Assembly (NCBI GenBank): GCA_011523785.1
Contig: WTFW01000120.1
Coordinates: 12,114 to 76,113, forward strand
Direction of reading: 5' to 3'
DNA from: Chloroflexota bacterium
Lineage (GTDB): Bacteria; Chloroflexota; UBA11872
Length of the DNA stretch: 64,000 bases
Part shown: one piece after another, positions 19,838 through 28,768 of the stretch
How the letters are laid out: every line of letters begins with the position of its first letter
Numbering within the stretch: the first letter of the stretch is position 1
Position numbers and translations under genes: made by a program
Notes under the pieces: generated by a model
Told to the model about the DNA's origin: nothing
Database searches by the model: none
The model's input: only the letters and a program-made list of their open reading frames with translations

Positions 19838-20911
19838 ATGGTCCTGACGGGTGAGCCGGACCTTGTCAAAGACGCCCCGATTGCGGTGGGGCAGGCGCAC
19901 CGGCTGTTTACCAGCGACGCGCCGCACACTCACTACTCGGCCAGCCTGGCGCAGCTTGGGAGCGGGCGGCTGGTGATGGCGTTCAGCTGGGCGCCGGCGG
20001 TGCAGCGTCGGAATAACAGCGTGATGCTGACGTCGCGATCCGACGACGATGGGGCGACCTGGACGGCGCCGGAGGCCATCTATGCAAAACCCGGGTGGGA
20101 CTGCATGCACCTTGGCGGGTTGATGCCGTTCTCCGACAAGCGGCTGCTGCTGGGCCTTGGGCGCATCCAGATGGATGCCAGCCTGCCGGGCGACGAGCCG
20201 TGCACTGGGTGGTATCTCTCTACGACGTGTTCAACGGACGGGGGCGAGACCTGGGGGCCGGAGAGTCCCGAGATTCGCCTGTTTCCCGAGTGGTCGGAGT
20301 TCTACGGGGCGAGCAATCCTCATCGCCTGGACGACGGGCGGCACATGCTGGCGGTCATTGGAACCACCGGGCGCGACACGGGCTGGCAGGCGGGCGTCTG
20401 CTTTACGGACGACGAGGGCGAGAGCTTCTCAGCGCCGGTGATCGTGGCAGCGCACCCGACGCTGGGGTTTGGGGACATGGACATTACACGGCTGGCGGAC
20501 GGGCGGTACCTGGCCGTGGCGCGGGTGTTCGACGGGCATCCCAGCGTGGTCGCGTATTCGGACGACGACGGGGCGACCTGGACCGAGCCGCGGCCGGTGG
20601 AGTTCTGGGGGGCGAATATCAAGCTGCAGCGACTGCGGTCCGGGGCGTTGCTGTGCGCCTATCGGGACGAGGCGGGCAACCGCTCAGGGGTGGGGTGCAG
20701 CGTGAGCGAGGACGACGGCGCGACCTGGCGACGCATCGGCTGGCTGGCCAGCCCGAGCGACGGCCCGCCGCCGGCGGCCGGCGACGTGCGATGCGGCTAC
20801 CCGGACATGGCGGTGCTGCGGAGCGGGCGACTGGGCTGCGTGCTGGCGCCGTCGGCCGACGCAGCCGGGATCATCGACTTACGCTGGCTGGAACTGATCG
20901 ACCGGACGTAG
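19838..20911 (+). CDS. Sialidase-like BNR/Asp-box beta-propeller protein
   Basis: Five Asp boxes (SDDDGATW, STDGGETW, TDDEGESF, SDDDGATW, SEDDGATW), C-terminal CGYPD; no signal peptide. Confidence 0.8.
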   Translation: MVLTGEPDLVKDAPIAVGQAHRLFTSDAPHTHYSASLAQLGSGRLVMAFSWAPAVQRRNNSVMLTSRSDDDGATWTAPEAIYAKPGWDCMHLGGLMPFSDKRLLLGLGRIQMDASLPGDEPCTGWYLSTTCSTDGGETWGPESPEIRLFPEWSEFYGASNPHRLDDGRHMLAVIGTTGRDTGWQAGVCFTDDEGESFSAPVIVAAHPTLGFGDMDITRLADGRYLAVARVFDGHPSVVAYSDDDGATWTEPRPVEFWGANIKLQRLRSGALLCAYRDEAGNRSGVGCSVSEDDGATWRRIGWLASPSDGPPPAAGDVRCGYPDMAVLRSGRLGCVLAPSADAAGIIDLRWLELIDRT

Positions 20912-20919
20912 ACCGGCGC

Positions 20920-21675
20920 TCAGTACTGGTGGACCCAGCCGCCGTCCACCGGGATGACGGCGCCGGTGATGTAGGCGGCGGCGTCGGAAGCAAGGAATTG
21001 GGCCATGCCGGCGATTTCGTCGACCTGGCCGTTGCGACCCAGGGCCACTCGCTCGGCCAGGTTTCCGGTCCACCAATCCGCGTCCGTGTAGCCGGCGGTC
21101 ATGTCCGTCTCGATCACGCCGGGAGCGATGGCGACGACGCGAATGCCGTCGTTGCCCCATTCCCTGGCCAGCCCGACGGTGTAGGAGGACAGGGCAGCCT
21201 TGAGGGGGCCGTAGGGCTCAGCGCCACCGAGCCTCGCCGAGACCGAGGACACGTTGATGACCACAGGCGCGTCGGACTCGAGCAGGAAAGGCCGCGCGGC
21301 CTGCGTGACCAGCACCGGGGCGCGGAGGTTCACGTGCAGCAGGCGGCGGTAGGCGTCCAGCGTGAGGCCGTCGTGGCCGCCGTCGCCCGCGTTGTTGACG
21401 ACGATGTCCAGGCCGCCCAGGGCCTCGGCAGCGCGCTCGACCAGGCGGGTGGGCGCTTGCGCGTCCGTCAGGTCCGCGCCGTAGGTGTGGACTTCGGCGC
21501 CGTGTTCACGGACGTTGTCGGCGACTTGCTGCAAGTTGGCGCTGGTACGGGCGGCCAGAGCCAGGCGGGCGCCGGCCTGGGCGTAAGTCTCGGCAATCGC
21601 GCGCCCGATGCCGCGGCTGGCGCCGGTGATGAGTGCGCGGCGGCCGTCGAGGCGGAAGGGACCGGGGGCGGTCAT
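20920..21675 (-). CDS. SDR family oxidoreductase
   Basis: TGASRGIG, VNNAG, YGPLK, APGVIETDM. Confidence 0.92.
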   Translation of the reverse strand: MTAPGPFRLDGRRALITGASRGIGRAIAETYAQAGARLALAARTSANLQQVADNVREHGAEVHTYGADLTDAQAPTRLVERAAEALGGLDIVVNNAGDGGHDGLTLDAYRRLLHVNLRAPVLVTQAARPFLLESDAPVVINVSSVSARLGGAEPYGPLKAALSSYTVGLAREWGNDGIRVVAIAPGVIETDMTAGYTDADWWTGNLAERVALGRNGQVDEIAGMAQFLASDAAAYITGAVIPVDGGWVHQY

Positions 21676-22463
21676 CGTCTGGCGAAGAAGTCGCGGCCGC
21701 CGTCGATGGCGATGGTCGTTCCGGTCACAAAGCCGGCGGCGGGCGAGGCAAGGTAGACGACGGCGGCGGCTATTTCCTCCGGATCCGCAGCCCGCCCCCG
21801 CGCTGTGTGGTGCAGGATGGCGTTCAGCTCGGACGGATTGGCCCGCACGTGGGCGGTCATGTCGGTGATGACCTGGCCCGGCGCCAGGGCCACGACGCGG
21901 ATGCCGTCGTTGGCGTACTCGCGGCTGAAGCCGCGCGTCAACGCATGAACTCCGGCCTTGCTGGCTCCGTACAGTCCGGCGCCCTTGGTCCCTGCAATGG
22001 ATCCGATGTTGACTATTGCGCCGCCGCCGGCCGCGGCCAGGTGGGGACGGGCCGCCTGGCAGCCGAAGAGTACGGCGCCGAGGTTGATGTCGTACATGCG
22101 GTCGAACTCGGCCGGGTCGTGGATTTCAAACCCGCCGCGATGGGAGACGCCGGCGTTGTTGACAAGGAGGTCGAGCCCGCCCAGCTCATCGGCCGCGGCG
22201 TCGATGGCCGGTGCGATGGCTTCCAGGTTGGCGAGGTCCAGCGGAACGACGTGCGCGCGGCGGCCCAAGGTTTCGATCTCCGCGGCAAGCTCGGTCAGCC
22301 GGGCTTCGTCGCGGGCGGCCAAGGCTACGTCAGCCCCGGACTCGGCCAGCGCGATTGCAATGGCCCGTCCAATGCCGCGGCTGGCGCCGGTGACGAAGGC
22401 GCGGCGGCCGTGGAGGCGGAAGCGGTCGAGGACGGGCATTTGCAACTTCTGACGTGGGCTCAT
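21672..22463 (-). CDS. SDR family oxidoreductase
   Basis: TGASRGIG, VNNAG, YGASK; 4-nt overlap with downstream SDR. Confidence 0.92.
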   Translation of the reverse strand: MSPRQKLQMPVLDRFRLHGRRAFVTGASRGIGRAIAIALAESGADVALAARDEARLTELAAEIETLGRRAHVVPLDLANLEAIAPAIDAAADELGGLDLLVNNAGVSHRGGFEIHDPAEFDRMYDINLGAVLFGCQAARPHLAAAGGGAIVNIGSIAGTKGAGLYGASKAGVHALTRGFSREYANDGIRVVALAPGQVITDMTAHVRANPSELNAILHHTARGRAADPEEIAAAVVYLASPAAGFVTGTTIAIDGGRDFFARR

Positions 22464-22545
22464 GTTGTGCTCAGCCTAGCGGCAGCAGCCGAGAGTTGAG
22501 CGCCAATCGTCGACTCGCCGACACAGGACTTGGCACACACGTTTG

Positions 22546-23052
22546 CTAGCCCGCCGCAGGCGGATCCCCGATAGTCCCGGCGCTCGAGTCCTGCGGTTCT
22601 GGTGGATCAATGTCCTGGTGCCCGCGCTGCCGGAGGGTTCCGTAGACGAACACGCCCGCGGCAGAGGCGATAGCGCCTATTACGGTGGCAGTCCCAAGGG
22701 CGTGCTGTCCCAGTGTTGCCAGACCCCAGGCAAAGGCGAATGCGGCGAGGACGACGGTTAGACCCGCGAAGACACCGACAATGCTGCGCCAGGCATCCAG
22801 GGTCTCAAGCTTCTGGCGATGCGCCTGCTGTCGCTCGGCCAGCGCCAGGATTCGCTCCGGGGCATCGGGCTGCACGTCCTTGTACTGAGCAAGCGTCGTC
22901 GGTGGTGGAATCGGACCGGCGTACAACGAAGTCTGGACGGCCCGAATGAGTTGACTCGTGGAGTGCGTGTCGAGGTTTCCGGCGCCGGGGGCGTCGGAGC
23001 GCTCGTCGCTGCTTGAAGCGTCGTCTAGGTGTTGATTCTCGTCGTGCGACAC
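22546..23052 (-). CDS. DUF2335 family membrane protein
   Basis: YAGPIPPPTTLAQYKDVQPDAPERILALAERQQAHR followed by two TM helices. Confidence 0.8.
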   Translation of the reverse strand: MSHDENQHLDDASSSDERSDAPGAGNLDTHSTSQLIRAVQTSLYAGPIPPPTTLAQYKDVQPDAPERILALAERQQAHRQKLETLDAWRSIVGVFAGLTVVLAAFAFAWGLATLGQHALGTATVIGAIASAAGVFVYGTLRQRGHQDIDPPEPQDSSAGTIGDPPAAG

Positions 23053-23282
23053 GCGGCTTTGTCTTCACGCTCGGCTCGGTATGCCTGAAGCGCCGCCCGC
23101 ATGTCGTCCCCAACCGCCTGCCAGTCCGCCCACATGGCAAGCGCATCCGCCCGAGAACCCGAGGTGGTGACGCTGTATCGATTCAAAGCGCCGCCAAAGT
23201 CAAAGATGCTCGCTACCCCGGTCCAGAACGACGGCCGCGCATACCGAGCCGGCATGCGCAGCGCATTGCGCTTGTTGAGCAA
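23025..23282 (-). CDS. Small hypothetical protein, partner of DUF2335 gene
   Basis: TTG with GGAGG RBS; PSFWTGVASIFDFGG...ADALAMWADWQAVGDDMRAAL; overlaps DUF2335 start. Confidence 0.7.
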   Translation of the reverse strand: MLNKRNALRMPARYARPSFWTGVASIFDFGGALNRYSVTTSGSRADALAMWADWQAVGDDMRAALQAYRAEREDKAACRTTRINT

Positions 23283-23327
23283 GAAAAAACCTCCACTCAG
23301 TGATCAAGGTTACAACGGTTGCAAGGC

Positions 23328-24233
23328 TTACGTCCCGGAGTCTGCGAGACGACGAATGTCGTGCCTTCGCGGCATCGAGGGTTGCGCGCCCGGTGTGGCG
23401 GCGGCCAGGGCGCCGGCGGCCTGGCCCCAGCGCAGGGCGGTTTCGACCGGACGACCGGCCGCCAGCGCCGCGGCGAACACGCCGCAGAAGGCGTCGCCGG
23501 CGCCGGTGGTGTCGACGACGGTTGTTGGAAAGGCGGGTTGGACGTGGGTTTGGCCGTCGACGTGGGCGACCAGGCCCTGGCCGCCCAGCGTGACGACGCA
23601 GCCGCGGTGGGTTCGCGTGGCCAGGGCCCTGGCCAGCGCTGCAGGGTCGTCGGCGTTTGAGTCGGCGGTCAACTGCGCGGCTTCGATCTCGTTGACGACG
23701 GCGATGTCCACCAGGGCGAAATCGATGGCCACGCCCTCGTCGACCGGGGAGACGTTAAGCACGCGTAGGCCGGGTGGCGCGGCCCCGAAGGCGGCGTTGG
23801 TGACGTCATCCGGGACCTCGCGCTGTCCGATCACGGCGTCCGGCTGAATGCCGGCGATTGCGCTTGTGATATCTGCCGGATCGATTTCGAAGTTCGCGCC
23901 TTCGGCCACGGCTATGGAGTTGGCGCCGGCATCGTCAACGGCAATGAGCGCCGTGCCGGTGGCGGCCGAGTCCACCCGGGCGACATGCGTGGTGTCCACG
24001 CCTTCAGCGATCAGGCCGCGTAGGAGGTCGTCGCCGTCGGGGTCCGTACCGACGGCAGCTAGCATGCTGACCGTCGCGCCGGCGCGGGCAGCGGCCACGG
24101 CCTGGTTGGCGCCCTTGCCACCGGCATAGCGCGCGAGGCGGCCGTGGTGGACGGTTTCCCCGGGCCGGGGGATGCGCGGGACGCGGATGACGATGTCCTG
24201 GTTGATGCTGCCCACCACGGCGATGCAACTCAT
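23328..24233 (-). CDS. rbsK: Ribokinase
   Basis: VVGSINQD, PRPGETV, GGKGANQAVAAAR, NEIE, DTTGAGDAF; ATGA overlap with tagA-like stop. Confidence 0.88.
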   Translation of the reverse strand: MSCIAVVGSINQDIVIRVPRIPRPGETVHHGRLARYAGGKGANQAVAAARAGATVSMLAAVGTDPDGDDLLRGLIAEGVDTTHVARVDSAATGTALIAVDDAGANSIAVAEGANFEIDPADITSAIAGIQPDAVIGQREVPDDVTNAAFGAAPPGLRVLNVSPVDEGVAIDFALVDIAVVNEIEAAQLTADSNADDPAALARALATRTHRGCVVTLGGQGLVAHVDGQTHVQPAFPTTVVDTTGAGDAFCGVFAAALAAGRPVETALRWGQAAGALAAATPGAQPSMPRRHDIRRLADSGT

Positions 24234-25015
24234 CGAACCCCAATCTCCAGGCCAAGGGCTTCGAGGATGGCGAGGCGGGCGAATTCCGGCAACGCGCGCA
24301 TACGTCGCCAGCGCCAGGGCTCCCTGGCGAGGCGGTAGGCCCACTCAAGCCCAAGCCGGCGCAGCGGCGCGGGGGCGCGCGGAATGCGGCCGGCCAGGTA
24401 GTCCAGGGTTCCGCCGACGCCGATGCCCACCACCGGCGCCAGGTCCCGCAGATTGCGGTCGAGCCAGAACTCCTGCGCGGGCGCGCCGTAGGCGGCCAGG
24501 ACGATGTGCGGGCGAAACTCGTGGATCAGGGCCCGGGCTTCGGCGTCACCGTCTGGTCCAGGCTCCCCGACCAACGTGGCCGGAGGAGAGAGGGCCGGAT
24601 AGCGACGTTGCAGTTCGGCGGCGGCCTGGTCCGCGACGCCGGGGGCCGCGCCCGCCAGCAGCAGGCGATAGCCGTGGACGGCGGCGAGGCCGGCCAGATC
24701 GTCCACCAGGTCGACTCCGGTAACGCGCTGCCGCATTGGCAGGCGTCGGAGGCGGGCCGCGGCGACGATGCCCGCGCCGTCGGGGACGTTGAGGCGCGTG
24801 CGTTCCAGCAGTTCGCCGTAGGCGAGGTCATGGCGCGCGCGCATAACGATTTCGGGGTTGATCGTCACCACCTGCGCGCGGGCGACGGAAGCCAGCCAGG
24901 CGTCGATCCAGGCCACGGTGAGCCCGCGCCCAATGGCATGAACGCGCACGCCGAGGATGTGCGTTTCGAGCTCGTCGAGGAGGGTGTCCGTGCGGTTGGT
25001 CGTGGCGGTACTCAC
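24230..25015 (-). CDS. WecB/TagA/CpsF family glycosyltransferase (GT26)
   Basis: VVTINPE, PDGAGI, RVTGVDL, GAPAQE, GVGGTLD, RAP...GLEWAYRL. Confidence 0.92.
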   Translation of the reverse strand: MSTATTNRTDTLLDELETHILGVRVHAIGRGLTVAWIDAWLASVARAQVVTINPEIVMRARHDLAYGELLERTRLNVPDGAGIVAAARLRRLPMRQRVTGVDLVDDLAGLAAVHGYRLLLAGAAPGVADQAAAELQRRYPALSPPATLVGEPGPDGDAEARALIHEFRPHIVLAAYGAPAQEFWLDRNLRDLAPVVGIGVGGTLDYLAGRIPRAPAPLRRLGLEWAYRLAREPWRWRRMRALPEFARLAILEALGLEIGVR

Positions 25016-25066
25016 ATGGCCGTGATGCCGGTGCCTATGTTGACATAACGACTCATAGCGGCGCCG

Positions 25067-26179
25067 TCAGCGAATCAGCTCCAGGACCGTGTCGCGTACT
25101 TGCTCGGGCGCAAGCCATTGCATGCAGAGCGCGTCGCCGAAGCGGCACTCGGCGGGGCGGTCGAAGGTGTAGCAGGGTCCGCAGGGGAGGTTGACGCGTA
25201 ACGCGCGGGAATCGGGGTGGCCGGGACCGTGCACGTAGATGTCGGTGGGTCCGTGGAGCATGACGACGCGTCGTCCCAGCGCTCGCGCCAGGTGTCCGGG
25301 TCCGCTGTCGGTTGATACGACGACGTCGGCATGGGCCAAGACGCCGATGAGTTGGTCAAGGGATGTTTGACCGGTGAGGTCGTGGATGGCTGCGGACTGC
25401 GCTATTTCGCTGGCGGTGCGGCGCGTGTCGGCAAGACCGACGACGGCCAGCGTGGCTGCGGCGGGTTCCAGCTCGCGAGCCAGGGTTGCCCAGTGCGCGT
25501 CCGGCCAACGCTTGGCGTCGCCATGAGCCGCGCCGGGGTGCAGGACGATCAGCGGGCGCGGCAGGTCGGCAAGCAGATCGGTCTCGGTAACTGCCACGAC
25601 GGTGTGCCAGGCCGGATCCGCCTGTTGAATCAGGTTGGTGGCCAGTTGGGCCTCATGGGGGCCGCCGTTGCGGCGACGTCCCGGCAGCGCCTGGTCGAAA
25701 CTGAAGGCGGGCGCTTCGGCGCGGTAGCCGACCCGCCACCGGGCGCCGCTGAGCGCCACCAGGGCGCCGGCGATTGGGCCGTAGACGCTCACGGCTACGT
25801 CGAATTCGCGGGCGCGGACTGATAGCAGGATGCGAAGGGCCCTTGCCAAGGCTGTTGGGTCCAGTACCGCCGGCCAGTGTGTGATGGCGCCGCCGTCGAA
25901 CCGGATGACCTCGTCGACGGCCGGGCAGCGCTGGACGATGGGCTGCCAGGCGGGCGGCGCCATGAACGCCAGGTGGGCGTGCGGCCAGCGTTGGCGAGCC
26001 GCCACAGCGGCGGAGAGGGAGTTGACCACGTCGCCCATCAGGTCGAATCGCACGATGAGGACGCGGCGGGGAGTTGCCGGCGGGCTCCGGCGGCCACCGA
26101 GTAGGCGCCGCAATCCGAAGCCGAGGCTCAGCAAGATCCACAGCCCGTGGCCCAGCCAGGTTCGGGTACGGCGCTTCAT
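25067..26179 (-). CDS. Glycosyltransferase family 9 (heptosyltransferase-like)
   Basis: LIVRFDLMGDVV, LHPGA...KRWP, DLTGQTSL, DSGPGHLA, GPT, C-terminal CxPC...C...CM. Confidence 0.88.
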   Translation of the reverse strand: MKRRTRTWLGHGLWILLSLGFGLRRLLGGRRSPPATPRRVLIVRFDLMGDVVNSLSAAVAARQRWPHAHLAFMAPPAWQPIVQRCPAVDEVIRFDGGAITHWPAVLDPTALARALRILLSVRAREFDVAVSVYGPIAGALVALSGARWRVGYRAEAPAFSFDQALPGRRRNGGPHEAQLATNLIQQADPAWHTVVAVTETDLLADLPRPLIVLHPGAAHGDAKRWPDAHWATLARELEPAAATLAVVGLADTRRTASEIAQSAAIHDLTGQTSLDQLIGVLAHADVVVSTDSGPGHLARALGRRVVMLHGPTDIYVHGPGHPDSRALRVNLPCGPCYTFDRPAECRFGDALCMQWLAPEQVRDTVLELIR

Positions 26180-26691
26180 TGGCGGCGCTCGTCCTCGGTG
26201 CGCTCGGGCCAGGGCCAGGCGGCATCGAAGCGTTCCAGAAAAGCGGAAGGCCGAAACAGCACGCGCTGCGCACCGTCCGGCGCCGTCGCCGCCAGCTTGT
26301 CGACCTTTTGCCGGGTGTCGTCAAGCCGCCGTTCGAGCTCGCGTCGTTGCCGAAGGTGCATCGCTCTGGCGCTGTTGAAGGCGTCCTTGAAGTCCGCCGC
26401 TCGCCCGGATACCAGGGACTCCCGCACGTCGCGCATGCGGCCTTCGTGCCGGGCGAGGTGGTGGCGCAACTCGTCCAGCGCCTGATCCACCTCGCCCGCC
26501 AGGGCGATCCAGGGCGGCGAAACGTTCGCGTCGCGCATCACCCGGAAGGCCAGTCGCAGGTCGGCCGGCACGTGGGGATCATCGGGCGCCAGGTCCAGCG
26601 GCTTGCCACGGCCAGTTGTGCGCTCGAACAGTCCGGACGCGGCGGCTTCGTCAAGCCGGCGGCGTGCTCGGCGGTCCGGGAGCGTCTCCAT
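26176..26691 (-). CDS. DUF1992 (DnaJ C28 conserved domain) protein
   Basis: EAAASGLFERTTGRGKPLDL...RLAFRVMRDANVSPPWI. Confidence 0.75.
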   Translation of the reverse strand: METLPDRRARRRLDEAAASGLFERTTGRGKPLDLAPDDPHVPADLRLAFRVMRDANVSPPWIALAGEVDQALDELRHHLARHEGRMRDVRESLVSGRAADFKDAFNSARAMHLRQRRELERRLDDTRQKVDKLAATAPDGAQRVLFRPSAFLERFDAAWPWPERTEDERRQ

Positions 26692-26693
26692 GG

Positions 26694-28049
26694 CTAATTC
26701 GCTCCCAGCACGGGCGGATCGGACTCCACCGGGATTCCGGCGGCCGCTCGAATGTCGGCGGCGACCGCCAGGCTTCCCGTGGCGAGCACGGCCTGTCCGG
26801 GCTGCGTGGCGTCGCGCGCCAGGGCCAGCGCGCTCGCGGCGTCGGGGGCCGCCGTTGCATCAAGGCGTCCGTCAAGCTGGTTGAGCACTATGCCGGATGG
26901 CATCCCGCGTGGGTGTCCTGGCTCGATAACCACCAGGCCTGTCGCAAACGGTCGGAGCGCTTCCGCCATGGGTCGGACCGATTTGTCGCGCAGGGCGCCG
27001 AATATGACCGGACCGCGCTGCAGATTGAGTTGCCGACGCAGCGTTTCGACCACGACGGCGACGGCTTCAACGGTGTGCGCCCCGTCCACGACGACTGGCG
27101 GATCGTTGGCTACCAACTCCAGGCGGCCTGGCCAGCGCGCGGCGGCGAAACCCGCGCGGATCGCGTCGCGTGGAATGGCAACGCCGCGGTCGCCGAGCGC
27201 ACGGCAGACGGCATAGGCCAGACCAGCGTTGCGGGCCTGGTGAGGGCCGGCCAGGCCCAGCGGCAGGGCATCGCCCGACAGCGGATCCCGGGCCACGGTG
27301 ACGGCGCGACCGTCGCGCCAGCCGGCCGATCCGTCGGTCGCCAGCGCCGGCACGACCTGGACTTCGGCCCCGGCGGCCTCGGCCACGTCACGAATCGCGT
27401 CCACGACCTCGCGCGACTGGTCGCTGACCAGCATCGGAACCCCTGGTTTGGCTATGGCGGCTTTTTCCCGGGCGATTACGGGCAGCGTGTCACCGAGCAG
27501 TCGCGTGTGCTCGCGCACGATGGTGGTGACGGCCGTGAGGTCGGGCGTCACTACGTTGGTGGCGTCGAGCCGTCCGCCAAGCCCAACTTCCAGGATTGCC
27601 AGGTCCACCTCTTCCATTCGAAACCAGGCCAGTGCCATTGCCGTGCTTATCTCAAACGTGGTTGGAAGGCCCAGCGTTTCGTCGGGGGTCCGCGCTACAG
27701 CCACTCGCATTCGATCAACAAGGCGCGTAAACGAAGGCGGGTCGATGGGTTGTCCGTCGATCTGAAAGCGCTCGCGAAAACTGTGCAGGTGCGGCTGCGT
27801 GTAGAGGCCGGTCTTCAGGCCGGCGGCTTCGGCGGCCGAGGCAACCAGGGCGCACACGCTGCCCTTGCCCTTGCTGCCGGCCACGTGAACGATTGGCAGG
27901 CCGTTGTGCGGGTTGCCAAGATCGGCCAGCAGCCGCGAGGTTCTTGCCAGACCGCGCTCGAACGGCGGGCCGCCTCCCAGCCCCGTGCCGCGCTCGAAGT
28001 CGGCGTAGGCGTAGAGCCAGGCCAGCGCGTCGGTGTACGTCTCGGACAT
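26694..28049 (-). CDS. folC: Folylpolyglutamate/dihydrofolate synthase
   Basis: HVAGSKGKGS, YTQPHLHSFRERF, LEVGLGGRLDATN, WPGRLE, DGAH; start at ATG 28049. Confidence 0.95.
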   Translation of the reverse strand: MSETYTDALAWLYAYADFERGTGLGGGPPFERGLARTSRLLADLGNPHNGLPIVHVAGSKGKGSVCALVASAAEAAGLKTGLYTQPHLHSFRERFQIDGQPIDPPSFTRLVDRMRVAVARTPDETLGLPTTFEISTAMALAWFRMEEVDLAILEVGLGGRLDATNVVTPDLTAVTTIVREHTRLLGDTLPVIAREKAAIAKPGVPMLVSDQSREVVDAIRDVAEAAGAEVQVVPALATDGSAGWRDGRAVTVARDPLSGDALPLGLAGPHQARNAGLAYAVCRALGDRGVAIPRDAIRAGFAAARWPGRLELVANDPPVVVDGAHTVEAVAVVVETLRRQLNLQRGPVIFGALRDKSVRPMAEALRPFATGLVVIEPGHPRGMPSGIVLNQLDGRLDATAAPDAASALALARDATQPGQAVLATGSLAVAADIRAAAGIPVESDPPVLGAN

Positions 28050-28056
28050 TGCTCGA

Positions 28057-28560
28057 TTATCGCGGAGCCGAGAGCGACTCTGGCGGGTACGCACGTTCGA
28101 TACCGGCGCGACCGACCCGCGCGGCCAGCGTGGATAGCGTGGCATCCGCACCGGGTAGTACCAGGTCTGGCGCCAGGTCCGCCAGCGGCGCCAGCACGAA
28201 GCCCCGCTCGGCGAAGGCCGCGTGCGGAATGTGCAGGCGCGGCGTGCCGACCACCAGGTCTCCGAACGCAATGATGTCCAGGTCCAGTTGACGCGGTCCC
28301 AACCGCGGGCCGGGCCGCCGGCCAGCGGCCAGCTCGAGCGACTTTGCCCAGAAGAACAGACGCTGTGGACCCTCGGTCGTTTCGCCACGAACCGCCGCGT
28401 TCAGGAAGGGCGGTTGTGTGAGCACGCCGACCGGGCTTGTCTCATATACGTGCGAAACCTGGACGTGGCGGAGCACCGTCCGCAGGCCAGCCACGGCGTT
28501 TTGAAGGTGCGTCAGCCGGTCACCGACGTTCGAGCCAAGCCCGATCAGCACGTCCGTCAC
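28057..28560 (-). CDS. folK: 2-amino-4-hydroxy-6-hydroxymethyldihydropteridine diphosphokinase
   Basis: IGLGSNVGDR, YETSP, FLNAA, GPRQLDLDII, IPH...RGFVLAPL. Confidence 0.93.
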   Translation of the reverse strand: MTDVLIGLGSNVGDRLTHLQNAVAGLRTVLRHVQVSHVYETSPVGVLTQPPFLNAAVRGETTEGPQRLFFWAKSLELAAGRRPGPRLGPRQLDLDIIAFGDLVVGTPRLHIPHAAFAERGFVLAPLADLAPDLVLPGADATLSTLAARVGRAGIERAYPPESLSAPR

Positions 28561-28768
28561 CGGGGTAGTCCATCGATGGTTGGCGCGGCAGGCCGCCGAT
28601 TGTCCCGCGCCGGAGGGTGCCGATCGACCGTTGACTGGTTAGGCTCGCCGGTTTGCGGAACAGAGTACGATTCTGGCCGTTCCCCTGACATGGCGACCGT
28701 AATTTGACGCGTCACGCGACCACCGTGGGCAGGCGCCCCACACGCGCCGGAGATTTGCGGCGGCAAAG

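Noticed and set aside
25037-25048. TATGT-TG-ACATA inverted repeat upstream of the tagA-like gene
   Set aside because: Only 5-bp arms and a single occurrence; insufficient evidence for an operator
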